NCBI GenBank assembly: GCA_964016885.1
Contig: OZ024743.1
Location: 170,190,001-170,254,000 of the forward strand
Reading direction: 5' to 3'
DNA from: Eledone cirrhosa
Lineage: Eukaryota
Length of the DNA: 64,000 bases
Below the pieces are notes generated by a model. It had not been told where the DNA came from, ran no database searches, and worked only from the letters and a program-made list of their open reading frames with translations. Position 1 is the first letter of the stretch. Every line of letters starts with the position of its first letter. Positions 42,157 through 54,954 of the stretch are shown piece by piece. The translations under genes and the position numbers were made by a program.

Positions 42157-44768
42157 ATAACTTTGAATAACTTTGAATAACTTTGAAATGTTTTGGCCTG
42201 TATTGGCCCAGGCCATGTCTAACTTAATAGCACCACCTGGCGAAGTCTTTCAATTCAGGATTTGGGCACCATGGCCCATTCGAGAAGAGAATTACTGTTT
42301 GCGGAGACATATCCGGGTGTGGGTGGTTTGTCCGGGATTACTTGGAGGAATTTGTCCAAAGACTTCTTGAATTTTGTGTGGTCAGTTTCTGTTTTGACGT
42401 GTCCTGGTGTGATGTTGAAGAGAGCAGGGCCGATTGAGGTGAAATAATTGTGCCGTATTGTTGTTATGAGTTGCGATTTAGATTTTTGAATGGGACGGAT
42501 AGCACGGGCCCAAGCCTTGGGTGTATCTTGAAGGCGATGCCAACATCATTTGGGCAGTGATGATGGAACATTTTCCACATCATGCAGATAATATAACGCT
42601 CACGGCGACGTTGGAGTGAGTAAAGTTTCAGGTTTTCTAATCGACCCCAGTAGTCAAGGTCTGACATGCCATCTATCTTTTTCGTGATTGCCCTTTGAGG
42701 AGCTTCAAGTTTCATGATACTTTGTTTCGTGTGGGGAGACCACAGTGGACAACAGTATTCAAGGTGTGGTCGGGCGAAAGTAGAGAAGAGAAGGATAATG
42801 GTGCGGGAATCTCTCGACTGGAAGGTTCTGAGGATCCAGGAACACATTCTGCGGGCCATGTCAACTCTGCTGCTTATATGCTTGGTCCAGCTTATATTGC
42901 TGTCCACGGTTACTCCCAAGTCTCTGATGTTGTTAGATGCCACGAGAGTTTCCCCGGAGGGAAGGGAGTACGGGAGTTTCAGAGCATCCTCTTTTCCAAA
43001 GTGGATCAGTTCAAATTTGTCTTCGTTCAGTAACATGTTGTTCTTTTCTGCCCATTGGGTAACAGCCAGTAGGTCTGACTGAAGGCTTATCCGGTCATCC
43101 ACGCCATTGATGACCTTTTGGAGCTTGGAATCATCAGCGAAAATTTTAATGTTGCTGTGTTTGATGATGTCAGTGATGTCATTAATATAGATGATGAAGA
43201 GAAGTGGGCCCAACACAGTGCCTTGTGGGACCCCACTACTGACTTTGGCTGGGCTTCATTTGACTCCCTCAACTACAACATGTTGGGTTCTGTTTGACAG
43301 GAAGCTCTTGATCCACTGCAGCAGCTTTCCAGTGACACCAATATTGGACAGCTTTCTCAGTAGAATGTTATGATCAACCCTGTCAAAGGCCTTGCTGAAA
43401 TCAAGGTAGATAACATCAGTGTTGGAACCCTCTCCCAAGGCTCCCAAATGTCATCAAAGTGATGCAGTAGCTGCATCAGGCAATCCCTTCCATTACGGAA
43501 TCCATGCTGGTTGGAGTTCAGCATATTGTTACTCTCAAGGAAGTGGGTCATTCGCGATCTCACCACTCGCTCAAATACCTTAATGATATGAGAGGTGAGT
43601 GAGATTGGACGGTAATTCACGGCAAGGGATTTGTTTCCCTTTTTGAAAACTGGGACAACAGACTGGGATAGAAGGTTTTCTGGCACATATCCAGCATCCA
43701 GTGAGTTCCGCCACAGATTGGCAAGAGGAGATGCAAGTTGGTGTTGACACGCCTTCAAGACACAAGCAGGGAACCTATCGGGACCTACTGCTGAATTATG
43801 CTTGATTTCCTTTATTGGCGCCAGGACATCAGGGGCGCCAAATGTTATGTCCGATAAGGTGTAATGGGGAGTAACATCGCCGATACAGCCCAGATCGGCC
43901 ATATCAGGATTGCTGAAAACAGAGCAGTATTGTTTCTGCAGTATCTCACCCATGGTTTTAGCATTGTCTTGAAGAGTGCCATTTTCATCAATTAGAGGGC
44001 CAACAGTAGAGCCAGTGATTTTGTGTTTTTTTGCAAATGAAAAGAACACTTTGGGATTGAGTTTGATCTTCTCAATGGCCCAGGCCTCTTCAGCTCTTCT
44101 CTGATTGTTAATGAGGGACATTATGTTGTTTTGGAGGTTATGTTTTTTAATCTCTAGTGATGAAATGGCAGTCAAGTTGATGTGTTGCTGCTGACAGTAT
44201 TTCAGCTTGTTGATTTTTTTGTTCGTTCTCTTAATTTTTCTGATGAGCGTTTTTCTATTTCTAGGGATTCTGCTCTTAGATTTGTTTATAGTTCTTAATG
44301 GGGTGTGTTTAGCACATATGTTTGTAACAGTGTCCACAAATGTCTGCCAGGACTTTTTGATGTTAGTGGGTGTATGAGTGTGCGTGAAGGACCAGTCGAC
44401 ATGTGCAAGATCATGACTGATCGCTTCCCAGTTTGCATTGTGGAAATCCATAGCGTCAAACGGATGGACAGGAGAGATGACATTGGGTTTGTATATTGGA
44501 CGGTGGAATCTCAGATCACAGAGAACCATGTCATGATCAGAGAGTAGAGTTTTCTCCACTGCAATATTGTGGATATTGTCAGTGTGATTGCTGAAAATTA
44601 AGTCTAGGACGTTTTTGTGGCACCTCGTTGGTTCGAGCACCAGTTGGGATAGGAAGAAATCATCCATGAAGTCAAGAAGCGATTCCACAGCTTCCCTGTC
44701 AGAGGTTGAGGCAGAAGAACCTGGTGGCAGGCTGTTTGTGGACCAGTCAACTCCGGGGAGGTTCAACA
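42157..44768 (-). mobile_element. CR1/L2-group LINE, 5'-truncated within the endonuclease
   Basis: LNLPGVDW, LDLIFSN, LSDHDMV, VGPDRF, NYRPISLTS, QHGFR, YLDFSKAFDRVDH, FADDSK, LEYCCPLWSP. 3' tail of three 10-nt repeats (ataactttga) at 42157-42187. Confidence 0.93.
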
Positions 44769-45981
44769 TACAGACAAGTATCAGGTACGGCAATGGGCAC
44801 GAAAGTAGCACCCACATATGCCAACCTAGTCATGGGATTCCATGAACAACAAATATACAGTCAGTCCCTTCTCTTATTTGGAGACTCTTTCCACACACAC
44901 CTCAAAGCCAATTGGAAAAGATATCTAGACGACTGCTTTATCCTATGGCAAGAAGACATGAACTCACTTACTACGTTTAAAAACATGATAAACAACATAG
45001 ATAATAACATACAATTCACAATGGAATCCAATCCTAAGGAATTAGCCTTCTTGGATATTCTCATCTCTGTAATAGACGGGAAATTAGATACAGATATATT
45101 CTATAAACCCACAGATTCCAAGCAATACCTCTTTTTCACATCAAGTCACCCAAAACATACAAAACTTAACATTCCTTACAATTTGGCCAAACGTATATGT
45201 ACCATAGTATCAGATCCACCTAAACGGGAGCAAAGACTAAAGGAACTAAAAGACACCCTTATCTTAAGAGCCTTTCCACTTGAAATAATCAACAATGGAA
45301 TAGACAGGGCAATACACCTAAATCCCCATCAACTTAACAATCCAAAACAGAAAACCACACTCAACACCCTGCCATATGTATCCACTTTCAACCCCAGAAA
45401 TACCGAAATGTTTGATCACCTACACAAAAACCTCCCCATCCTACTTAAAGATGTAAAAATGAAGTCTATTCTTGAAACACACAAGATCCTTAAAAGTAAA
45501 AGACAACCCAAATCACTTAAACGCATTCTCACTGGACCAAATATACCCAAACCAATCCTCAACCCTACAGTTACCAAATGTGGTAGAACAAACTGTGGAA
45601 CGTGCCTCTACCTCACTGAAGGACAAACATTTACATTCAAAGATGGCCAAACATTTACAGTAAAAAACAATTTCACCTGCAACTCGGAGAACTTGATTTA
45701 CGCAATAACTTGCGGTGGGTGCAAACACAACTACATAGGACAGACGGGCAACATTACGCAAAAGAATGACCATCCACCGCCAACAAATCCGGGATGCTAA
45801 CACAAGAAAAATCCCCTTGAGCAGCCATATTGCGAACTGCGCAGGAATGACACTACCCAACTTTAAAATCTTCCCCTTCTACAAGTGCTCAGATTCGTTC
45901 ACACAGCAACAAAGAATAAACAAAGAAAATTTATTCCTTAACAAATTTAAACCAAAACTAAACGGGTTATCACCCCAATAG
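44768..45981 (+). mobile_element. Penelope-like element (Neptune-like), 5'-truncated RT plus GIY-YIG with one frameshift near 45750
   Basis: YRQVSGTAMGTKVAPTYANL, WKRYLDDCF, AFLDI, YKPTDSKQYL..SSHP, KCGRTNCGTC, NLIYAITCGGCKHNYIGQTG, then RMTIHRQQI..KE..PKLN. Confidence 0.92.
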
Positions 45982-46269
45982 AATTGTCATAAAATATAAA
46001 CACACATACGCACGGAATCACTACTATTAAAGACCAGAGACCAATTCTGTAGAATCAGGTTTATTCGTTGACAGACCATGCCTTTGTGTGACCAACACAT
46101 CCATGTTAAACCCTGCACGTGCACACACATATATCTATATATATATGCGCACACAGAATTCACCACTGTCGGTTGCGGGGCCCAATCTACATGAAGAACT
46201 CAATGTGATCAGAATGACTTGTATTTTAATTTCACTGTCCCAACTTCTTATATTATGGAAAAAATATAT

Positions 46270-46658
46270 GTGTATGTATGTATATATATATATATTTGGA
46301 GGCCATTTCTCTGTGTGTGGGTGTATGTATGTGTATATGTGTGTGCATGTGGATGTATGTATTGTGTGTGCGCGTGTGTGTGTGTGTATGTATGTGTGTA
46401 TCTGGATGTATGCGTATGTGTATATATATATATGTGTGTGTGTGTGTATATATATGTGTGTGTATGTGTATATATATATGTGTGTGTGTGTGTATGTTTG
46501 TATGTGTATATATATATATGTGTGTGTGTGTGTATGTATGTGTGGGTGTGTGTGTATATATATATTTATATATATATATATATATATATGTGTGTATATA
46601 TATATGTGTGTGTGTGTGTATGTATGTGTGTATCTGGATGTATGTGTATGTATATATA

Positions 46659-46707
<49 letters not shown>

Positions 46708-46818
46708 ATGTGTGTATGTATATGTATGTGTGTGTGTATATGTATATATATATATATGTATATGTGTATGTATATGTATATGTATGTATGTGTGGATGAA
46801 GGTATGTGTGTATATATA
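46270..46818. repeat. (TG)/(TA) compound microsatellite
   Basis: Direct reading. Confidence 0.95.
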
Positions 46819-47134
46819 GGTGTAAGTGCACTAAATCCCTTTCTATCACGCTCCACTCTCCTACCCACCACAGGAAGATATATGTATGTATATTGCTTCC
46901 ACCTCCTCACTGACCAGCAGCTGGCCAGTTGGCCATTGCTAAATCTGACCTTTATAAAATAACCCACACCCCAAATAACTTCTCATTCACTACCAGAAAG
47001 GGGACACAGCAGTCAACTTGTTGTTGCTACCTAGATGAAAACTACTATGAAATCCCACAATGAATTTTATACTTGAATTTTCAAATCTCAAATTTTAACT
47101 CTTCGTATTATTAATTTTTCTTAATATTAATCAA

Positions 47135-47180
47135 CATTTGAAAAGATGGCTTTTGCAGACCCATCGAAACCGGTCATTTT
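47135..47180 (+). ncRNA. Degenerate hammerhead motif, probably the 3' end of the Neptune-like PLE
   Basis: ttgaaaa gatgg..ccatc GAAA ccgg TC atttt. Stems II and III are intact but the CUGANGA box is mutated. Confidence 0.45.
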
Positions 47181-47331
47181 TTATACCCTTTATTATTTCC
47201 TTACCTTATAAAATTATATGTTTTTTCACAAAAAAGTATTCTGTCTCTTATATATTCCATGTGCCATTACCAACCTCAATTTTCTCTATAACCTTCGTTT
47301 TGTGTAGAAAATTACACTTTTCATATATATG

Positions 47332-47434
<103 letters not shown>

Positions 47435-47477
47435 GTATATATCTATATATATGTATATATATATATATATATCTATA

Positions 47478-47515
<38 letters not shown>

Positions 47516-47523
47516 TATATATC

Positions 47524-47780
47524 TTTGATTTTTGATTGTACCTATTAATATAAATGTAATCTCGAAGTGTGTACTGCCACTCTAAATTCTGTAATGAATG
47601 TTGACCCACAATGTTTGAATATGTATCAATGTTTGAATATGTATTGGTATGTCTCTCGGCTGAAAAGGAGGTCATATAACTGTCCATGCATTAATAAATT
47701 GCTCCGAAGAATCCAAACCTCGGTTTGGAGGAAACAGCTGTAAGCACAATAATGTTTTGAACAGTTCTTTGATTCTTATA
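47524..47780 (+). repeat. Pseudo-LTR-like repeat with hammerhead variant; inverted copy at 57227-57484
   Basis: Near-identical reverse complement of 57227-57484. Motif tgct CCGAAGA atccaaacctcggtttggag GAAA cagctg TA agca at 47700-47746. Confidence 0.85.
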
Positions 47781-47791
47781 TTTCATATATG

Positions 47792-47822
<31 letters not shown>

Positions 47823-47839
47823 GTATATATATATATATG

Positions 47840-47896
<57 letters not shown>

Positions 47897-50409
47897 GTAT
47901 ATATGTGTATATATATATGTATATATGTATATATATATATATATATTTGTAAAAGAAATCCACCTAACAACAAACTATTAATGGAATTTGAAAATGAAAT
48001 AATATCAATTATACAAAACATCAAATTCAAGAAAAACCAATTTGTAGGCCAGGAATACCTTAAAGGCCTTAAGAATAATATAGACAATCTTGAAAAAACT
48101 GAGAAAATTCTCGTTAAATCTGACAAAACCAACAATCTATATGGAATGCAAAAGGACGAATATAATAATCTTATGTTGAAGGAACTAAGGAAAAACTACA
48201 AAAGAACAACCAATGATGACCTTGAAATGCTAAATATAGAAGCTTCTGATATAATTCATAAATTAGGCATCGAAAATAGGACCTAACCCTTTATACCTAG
48301 AAAACCAAAAATTTATTTGAAAGACCACAAAAGAAACTTTGAAATAGAATTACCAGTTAGACTTATAGCACCATCTAAATCAGACTTAGGCATAATTAGT
48401 AAACATATATTAGATAGAATCATACCGCAACTTAAAGAAATATCTTACTTAAAACTATGGAACGGTACTAATGAAGTTATAGATTGGTTCAATAACATAA
48501 AATATAAGCATAACAAAAAATTCATTCAATTGGATATTGCAAATTACTACTCATCTATCACTCCTAATTTACTTAATAAAGCCCTTATCTACGCATCTAA
48601 ATACCAGATAGAAAAATGCGTACAGCAAAAAAAAGTAATATTGTTGGAATATAAACCTTCAAAAATACAGGACAAGAAACGAAAATAAAACTTTAAAAGA
48701 ATAGGACAAGAAACTAAGATAAAACTTTAAAGAATTGGATAAGAAATAAAAAATTTTACAATAATATTAGTGGCAAAATTTTTATTGGTAAAAAATCGAG
48801 TTCCACATTCATAGGCTCTGGGTTCCACATTCAGAGGTCGTCGTCAGACCGGGGGGGATCATTTGATCCTGGTCTGAACACCAATTGGGCCATAACCATA
48901 CCCCTATTTCATCATTCGGCAACACACCTCATGTGTCATGCATAATGTGAATGGACCCATGGGCCCATGAGCACAGATCTTTAGCAGCAGCGGACGGTCT
49001 TGTCGTCCCGCTCATCCTTGATCTTGACCAACCCGTCCATCTTCTCCTTGCATCTTGTCCTTGAGTTCAAGTCCGGCAGTCCAGATGAATGCGTGCCACA
49101 GCTTTCTGGTACAGGAAGGGGGAGCAGGAGGACTGGAGGTCTGACGGGTCAGATGGAGGGAGGACCGGTGGTTGAGGGAGGTGCCATAGTCAGTGGTCAG
49201 AGTCGACATCTTGTCCCGGTCGTCTTCTCCATCTTCGTCTGGTGTTGCGGGACCAGAAGTGCATTCTTGTAGGAGACCTGCAGCTGCATCGGCCAATTCT
49301 TCTTGCAATGGTCATTCTGACGGAGCAGAACTGCTCAGCCAACCAACCCCAACCAGAACCAACCGCTCAGGGGCAACGCACAATGAGAGCATGACAATTA
49401 TTATGCACTAATCAAGAAGATACTGGGGCATAGCACAAGAAACGAATAAAAAAATGTTGCCACTAATATTATTGTAAATTTTTTTATTTCTTGTCCAATT
49501 CTTTAAAGTTTTATCTTAGTTTCTTGTCCTATTCTTTTAAAATTTTATTTTAGTTTCTTGTCCTGTATTTTTAAAGGTTTATATTCCAACAATATTCCTT
49601 TTTTTTTGCTGTACGCACTTTTCTATCTGGTCTACTATTTTTTAAGGCAATCCAAGCAACAACTATCTAATAATTAAATGATCATAGTGAATTACTGACA
49701 AGTGATTGACATTTTAAAGTTCTTTTGAGTATAATTGCAATCTATTTGAGGCAACTGGCTTAATGACAAAGCTAGTAAATCATGAATGTATTTGAGATGA
49801 TTAGTGCATAATAGTGAATTGGTGAAACTTGTGCATTTCAATTGTGTTACAACAATAGATGTAAGTTATATAGTAGTAATACTTTATCATTTTAACTTTT
49901 TAGAATGGACAAAAACCCATGCAAAGAAATGACTTTGACTGCAGTGATTCTCTCCAATTTACTTACAAAGCAAAACGTGGTCAAATACCTTATCATCTCT
50001 GATAAAATGCCCATTGAATCACTGAAAATCGGATGCATGGAATTCCTCATAAAATGCACCTATGAATCAGAAGCCATCACATATATCAATGGACCATCAC
50101 TTCATTTGTGACTTCATCAGTTATCTCCACGATTATCTCAGACACCCAATGCCATTGATGAGAGGTGATCCAATGTGTGAGCATGTAACTAATCTTATAG
50201 AAGTTGTTATCGACCACCTGGCTTTTAGTGACATTTGACTGATAATGATGTATTTTTAAAAAGTATGTGTACATTCTTGTTACTATTTTAAGGCAATGCA
50301 AGCAACAACTATTTAATAAAATTTAAATTTAAAAATGACCATTGTGCATTACTAGTATGATGACATTTTATTAAGTCACAAAATTAGTCAGTCAGCCATA
50401 GAACAAGGA

Positions 50410-51205
50410 TCAGGTGGCAAAAACATTGGCAAAAATTTGTGTCAATTTAAGATTTCCAACATTGTTCAAATGAATCATATCTGGTTTGAAGTCAGATTTG
50501 TCAAATTTTGACCAATTTTCAATGTTGTGAAGATTGGGCAAGTTCAATTTTTGAATCATTTCTTTCATGCAGTAATTAAACTTTTCCAAACGAGAATTTC
50601 TTTTGCCCAAGTCATTTTTATTTTCAATTACACTTTGTGGACGTGGAATGACACCACTGTAGAAAATGGGTGTACAGTGGTGCTTTTCCGCTATTTTCTG
50701 TAGCCTTGCAAAGAGACTCTGCCCCTGTTTTTCCGGTTTTGTGCCCCGAATGGGCACTTTGTCCTTAATTTAAAAATAAATGATTAATAAAAAATACTTG
50801 GGCAAAAATTATTGTATTACTTTGCACAGCTTTGTAGTGCCAACGGTGCGACGAGGATTCAGATCATTAGAGCCAACATGAACCACCAATACTTTCACAA
50901 AAGGACAACAGATAACAATGTTGGCGATTAACATTACCTGTCCCTGACGGGCCCCAGGTATACAAAATATCTAAGTATTTTTGTTGGTATGATAAGTAAA
51001 TACATTTGAATTAATATTTTTATACCTTCTGGTCATTCGATTTCGCCACATTTTTAATTATGGATTTGTAAAAACTGGCATGAATGTGAATTTGATCAGT
51101 CCAATTGCCCGATTTTAGTGAAAAGTTTTGATTCGAAATGGAAATACTCCATTTCCGTGCCATGGAAAAAATGAATAAGCCGATCAAAAAGCTGCGAAAC
51201 ATCAT
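50410..51205 (-). CDS. Spliced SGNH/GDSL-family hydrolase, 3 exons (51205-51026, 50970-50821, 50763-50410), 227 aa
   Basis: GT-AG phase-0 introns of 55 and 57 nt join an open frame. It contains block I-like KSIIKNV, block II CIPGAR, block III VVHVGSNDL, SGVIPR and block V DMIHLNNVG. Confidence 0.78.
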
Positions 51206-51249
51206 TTTTAATTAAGCGAAATTAGTGGATGCAAATCTCAGAAAATATT

Positions 51250-51545
51250 GTACACTATTCGCACCTATCGCACTATTCGCACCTATCGGTACAAAAATAT
51301 AGCGCACTATTCGCACCTATCGGTACAAAAAATCGCACGACTGTTAATAATACTAGAAGTGCAAATTATCTATTGAATACCTGGTATATGAAGAACAACC
51401 GATACGATCGGTCGGCGATCGGTCTTGAAGAAGAATGAAGTGAAATTTTGGTTTGGTTGTTGTCATCGGTGTTTCGCAGAGATGCCGGCACGAACAAAGG
51501 TGTCAGTGACACAAAGGTGTCGGTCCGACAAAGGTGTCAGTCAGA
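51250..51545. repeat. Short internal repeats within the insertion
   Basis: cactattcgcacctatcg occurs 3 times (51255-51322); acaaaggtgtc occurs 3 times (51494-51538). Confidence 0.8.
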
Positions 51546-54291
51546 CAGACAGCCAGACAGTGTCACAGTCGGTGCGACAAAGCGATCGATGCGATTAAAA
51601 AAAATTTAATTCACATGTTTACCTATATTTTCGCAAACTATTGATAGATTGGTACAAAAAATAGCTTTGATAATAAACATAATTTTTTAACGAAGTATTT
51701 AAAAACCATTTTAGCAGTGAAAAGTGAAGTAATGTTTCACACTGACGCAAGTAGGGCCGTTCAGAAATGACGTAGTCAATTAGGAGGAAGGGATTCGGCG
51801 ATTTGACTACATTTGACTAACGTAATCACAATCACAAGAGTTCCGCCGAAAAAAATTCGTCATTTCTGGATTACCTCCCCTAGCGTCACGCTTACTACTC
51901 ACTCACTCACTTGAACACAAGATTTATCAGCAAACTTTGATTATAAACTTTTTCCCGCTGGACCAAATTTCTAGATTTTTAAGCCAAAAGATGCGTAATG
52001 ATCTACTGTTCATGCTCATATAAGTTTTATCTCAGTTAAATAAAGTAGAGCCGCGCTATACTGTTGTAAACAGACGATTGCCAACGAAAACACGACCACA
52101 ACAATATTACTAAACGGACTACCGTCCGTTTAGGATACTGATTTATCTAGTGAGGAAATGCATATCATTTTAACTGCACGGAAAACCTTAATTAAATTCA
52201 ACAACCATCTTTGCACCAGAGCAGATAGAGATAATTATTTCGATATCACTATGGGGTCATCAGACTCAGCACACATAACAGATCTTGTGGGGCTTTTTAT
52301 TAACAATACATTACATAGAAAACTACCGGAGATGACCGGTGGTTTATATCGTGATGATATGCTGCTGTTAATTGAAAATAATAATAATTGTGAAATCAAT
52401 AGAAAAAGAAAATCAATAATACAATTTTTTAATAGCTATAATCTTAAGTTAGAAATAGAGAATAATTATAAAATTGTTAACTTTTTAGACGTAACATTAA
52501 ACCTTAATACTGGGCTATACTATCCATTCCATAAAATTAATGAGAACTTAAACTATGTTAGCTTCAACTTTAATCATCCTAGATCCATTAAGAACACTAT
52601 CGTAAATTCTGTACAACAACGTATTTCTCGAATCTCTTCGAATAAAAATATATTTGAAGATAAGGCACAATATTATAACGAAGCTTTAAGTAGAGCAGGC
52701 TATAATAATGAAATTAAATACATCGACAATAATGATACGCCAATTAACCATAATTATAATAAGAAACCTGGCACAAACTCTAAAACTAAAAGAATAGAAC
52801 TAGAAACATAATTTGGTACGTTCCTCCATTCTCTCTAAGTATTAAAACACGTTTAGCTAAACTATTTTTTAAAGCTAAATGTTTTCCCAAGGCCCATAGA
52901 TATTATTCAATCTTTAACAGACATATAATTAAACTATCTTACTCTACTACTATGAACCTAGCACAAAATATAAATAAAATCAATAATAGAAATCTAAACT
53001 TTAACCAGAATAGCACTAATTCCTCTAGCAATATCCAATATAATAATACTGTTCCGAATATAAACTCTGATAAATGTAATTGTAGAATTAAATCTAATTG
53101 TCCTTTAAAAAATAACTGTTTAGTTAAAAATGTAATGTCAAAACCAATGATAATACTTTTAACTATGTTGGCTCAACTTCTACAGACTTTAAATCTCGTT
53201 TCAATAACCATAAATGCTCATTTAATAATATCAGTAAAAAATTTTCAACTTCTCTATCCAACTTGATATGGAACTTAAATTCAAAAATAGAGACTATTCT
53301 TTATCTTGGAATATAATTTCATAAGCACCTGCTTAAGAACCTTTTGCAATTTGTGTGTTGAAGAAATTGTCTTCATACTTAAATGTCAGAACTCCATTAA
53401 TTTACGTAACAATTTATTTAGTTCTTGTAAACATCGCCAAAACTCAACTTTTAGATCTATATATAAAATATAATTACACGTTAAATCTTCTCTACATAAT
53501 GTTTACTTTATCCAAACACCTATAATCTCATTTCTTAAATTATATGCATATATGTTCATAAATTCTAAATCTTTAAATTTAAATTTAATGTAATTCTAAT
53601 TTTAATATCTTTTACTTCTTAAATATATATTACTTCTTAAATTTTTACTTTTTAATATTTTTACTTCTTGAATATCTTTATTTTTTATCTTTATTTATCT
53701 TACTTCCAAAATATCTGATAATCTTTGAAGAAAAATTACTTAAAATTTTTTTTAAATTACTTATTTCCCAAAAAACTAGTTTTTGGGTCACCTTAATATT
53801 TTTAATATATTCTTTAGTATTTTTCTAATATTTTAAAATATTTTAAAGTATTTTTAAATATTTCTTAATATTTCTTTATATTTTTGAATAATTTTAGGTT
53901 TTTAATTAATTTTAAACACTTGTTAAATGTTTTTAAAAGGTTTTTTAGTATCTTCGGAGTCTTTTTGAGATTTTTTTAAAATCTCTTGGAAAGTTTTTCC
54001 AGGAATTTTCAAGAATTTTGTCTAGAATTGTTAATATTTTATAGTCTTCATTTTTAAATGGTTTTAGTATTTTCTTATACTTTTAATTAATTTTTTAATA
54101 TTTTGTAATTTTTTGTAATTATTTAATATTAGAGTTATAACCAATAACTAACTCTGGCTAAATATATCTTTAAACATATCTTTGTCAAAATTATCTCATA
54201 ATAACTAATAAATAAACAAAACTAGGATTTTTAATATTTTTCCAATGTAAAACATTAAAACATATAAGTGATCTTATTGACTCAGTTAATT

Positions 54292-54783
54292 TAAGTAAAT
54301 ATCTTTAAGTCGTTTGGAAGCCTCGACAATGCAAATGGGTAAATCTCCGGGTAACAAGGTCCAGTGGTGGAGAGAGAGAGATGTAAGTGGGTGTACGTTG
54401 AGATGCGTGGTGTGTATAAGATGTGTGAGATGTGTAGAATGAAGGGAAGAGTATAAAGGATAAAAATAAAAATAACAACACAAGAGAGAGTTACCTTGGG
54501 AGAGATTTAATAGTCCCTATATATTTCGGATTCACATCCATCAACTGGGGGTTTTTTCCGGGGTGGGGGGAAAGGTTGTCTGTCGGACAAGTCCGGAACG
54601 CGTCTTTCGCTGTTTATCCTTTATACTCCTCCCTTCATTCTACACATCTCACACATCTTATACACACTACGCATCTCAACGTACACCCACTTACATATCT
54701 CTCTCCACCACCGGACCTTGTTACCCGGAGATTTACCCATTTGCATTGTCGAGGCTTCCAAACGACTTAAAGATATTTACTTA
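54292..54783. repeat. Inverted repeat with ~170-bp arms (54292-54463 and 54613-54783)
   Basis: taagtaaatatctttaagtcgtttggaagcctcgac..gagtataaaggataaa is mirrored by tttatcctttatactc..gtcgaggcttccaaacgacttaaagatatttactta. Confidence 0.92.
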
Positions 54784-54954
54784 TTGTTCCACAATGCTTC
54801 AAGCAAACTTCAATACTCTCTTATCAGTTAATTTAATTTAATTTAATTTAATTTAATTTAATTTAAATACTTACACTAAATATAAACTAGTATCCCTAAA
54901 AAATTATCACCTATAACATGATATACCCATCTATCCACTCATATATCTATCCTT

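Larger units (their letters stand above)
48604..52135 (-). mobile_element. Helitron-like (rolling-circle) non-autonomous insertion carrying cargo
   Basis: Removal restores host codons tct aaa ta|t act gat (SKYTDL). A|T target with no TSD; minus-strand ends 5'-TC..CTGG-3'; terminal hairpin 52110-52133. No Rep or helicase seen. Confidence 0.65.

Noticed and set aside
48601-52138. ATAC as a 4-bp target-site duplication of the insertion
   Set aside because: Collapsing ATAC gives aaa tac tga (frameshift and stop), whereas a TSD-less A|T join restores the host reading frame.
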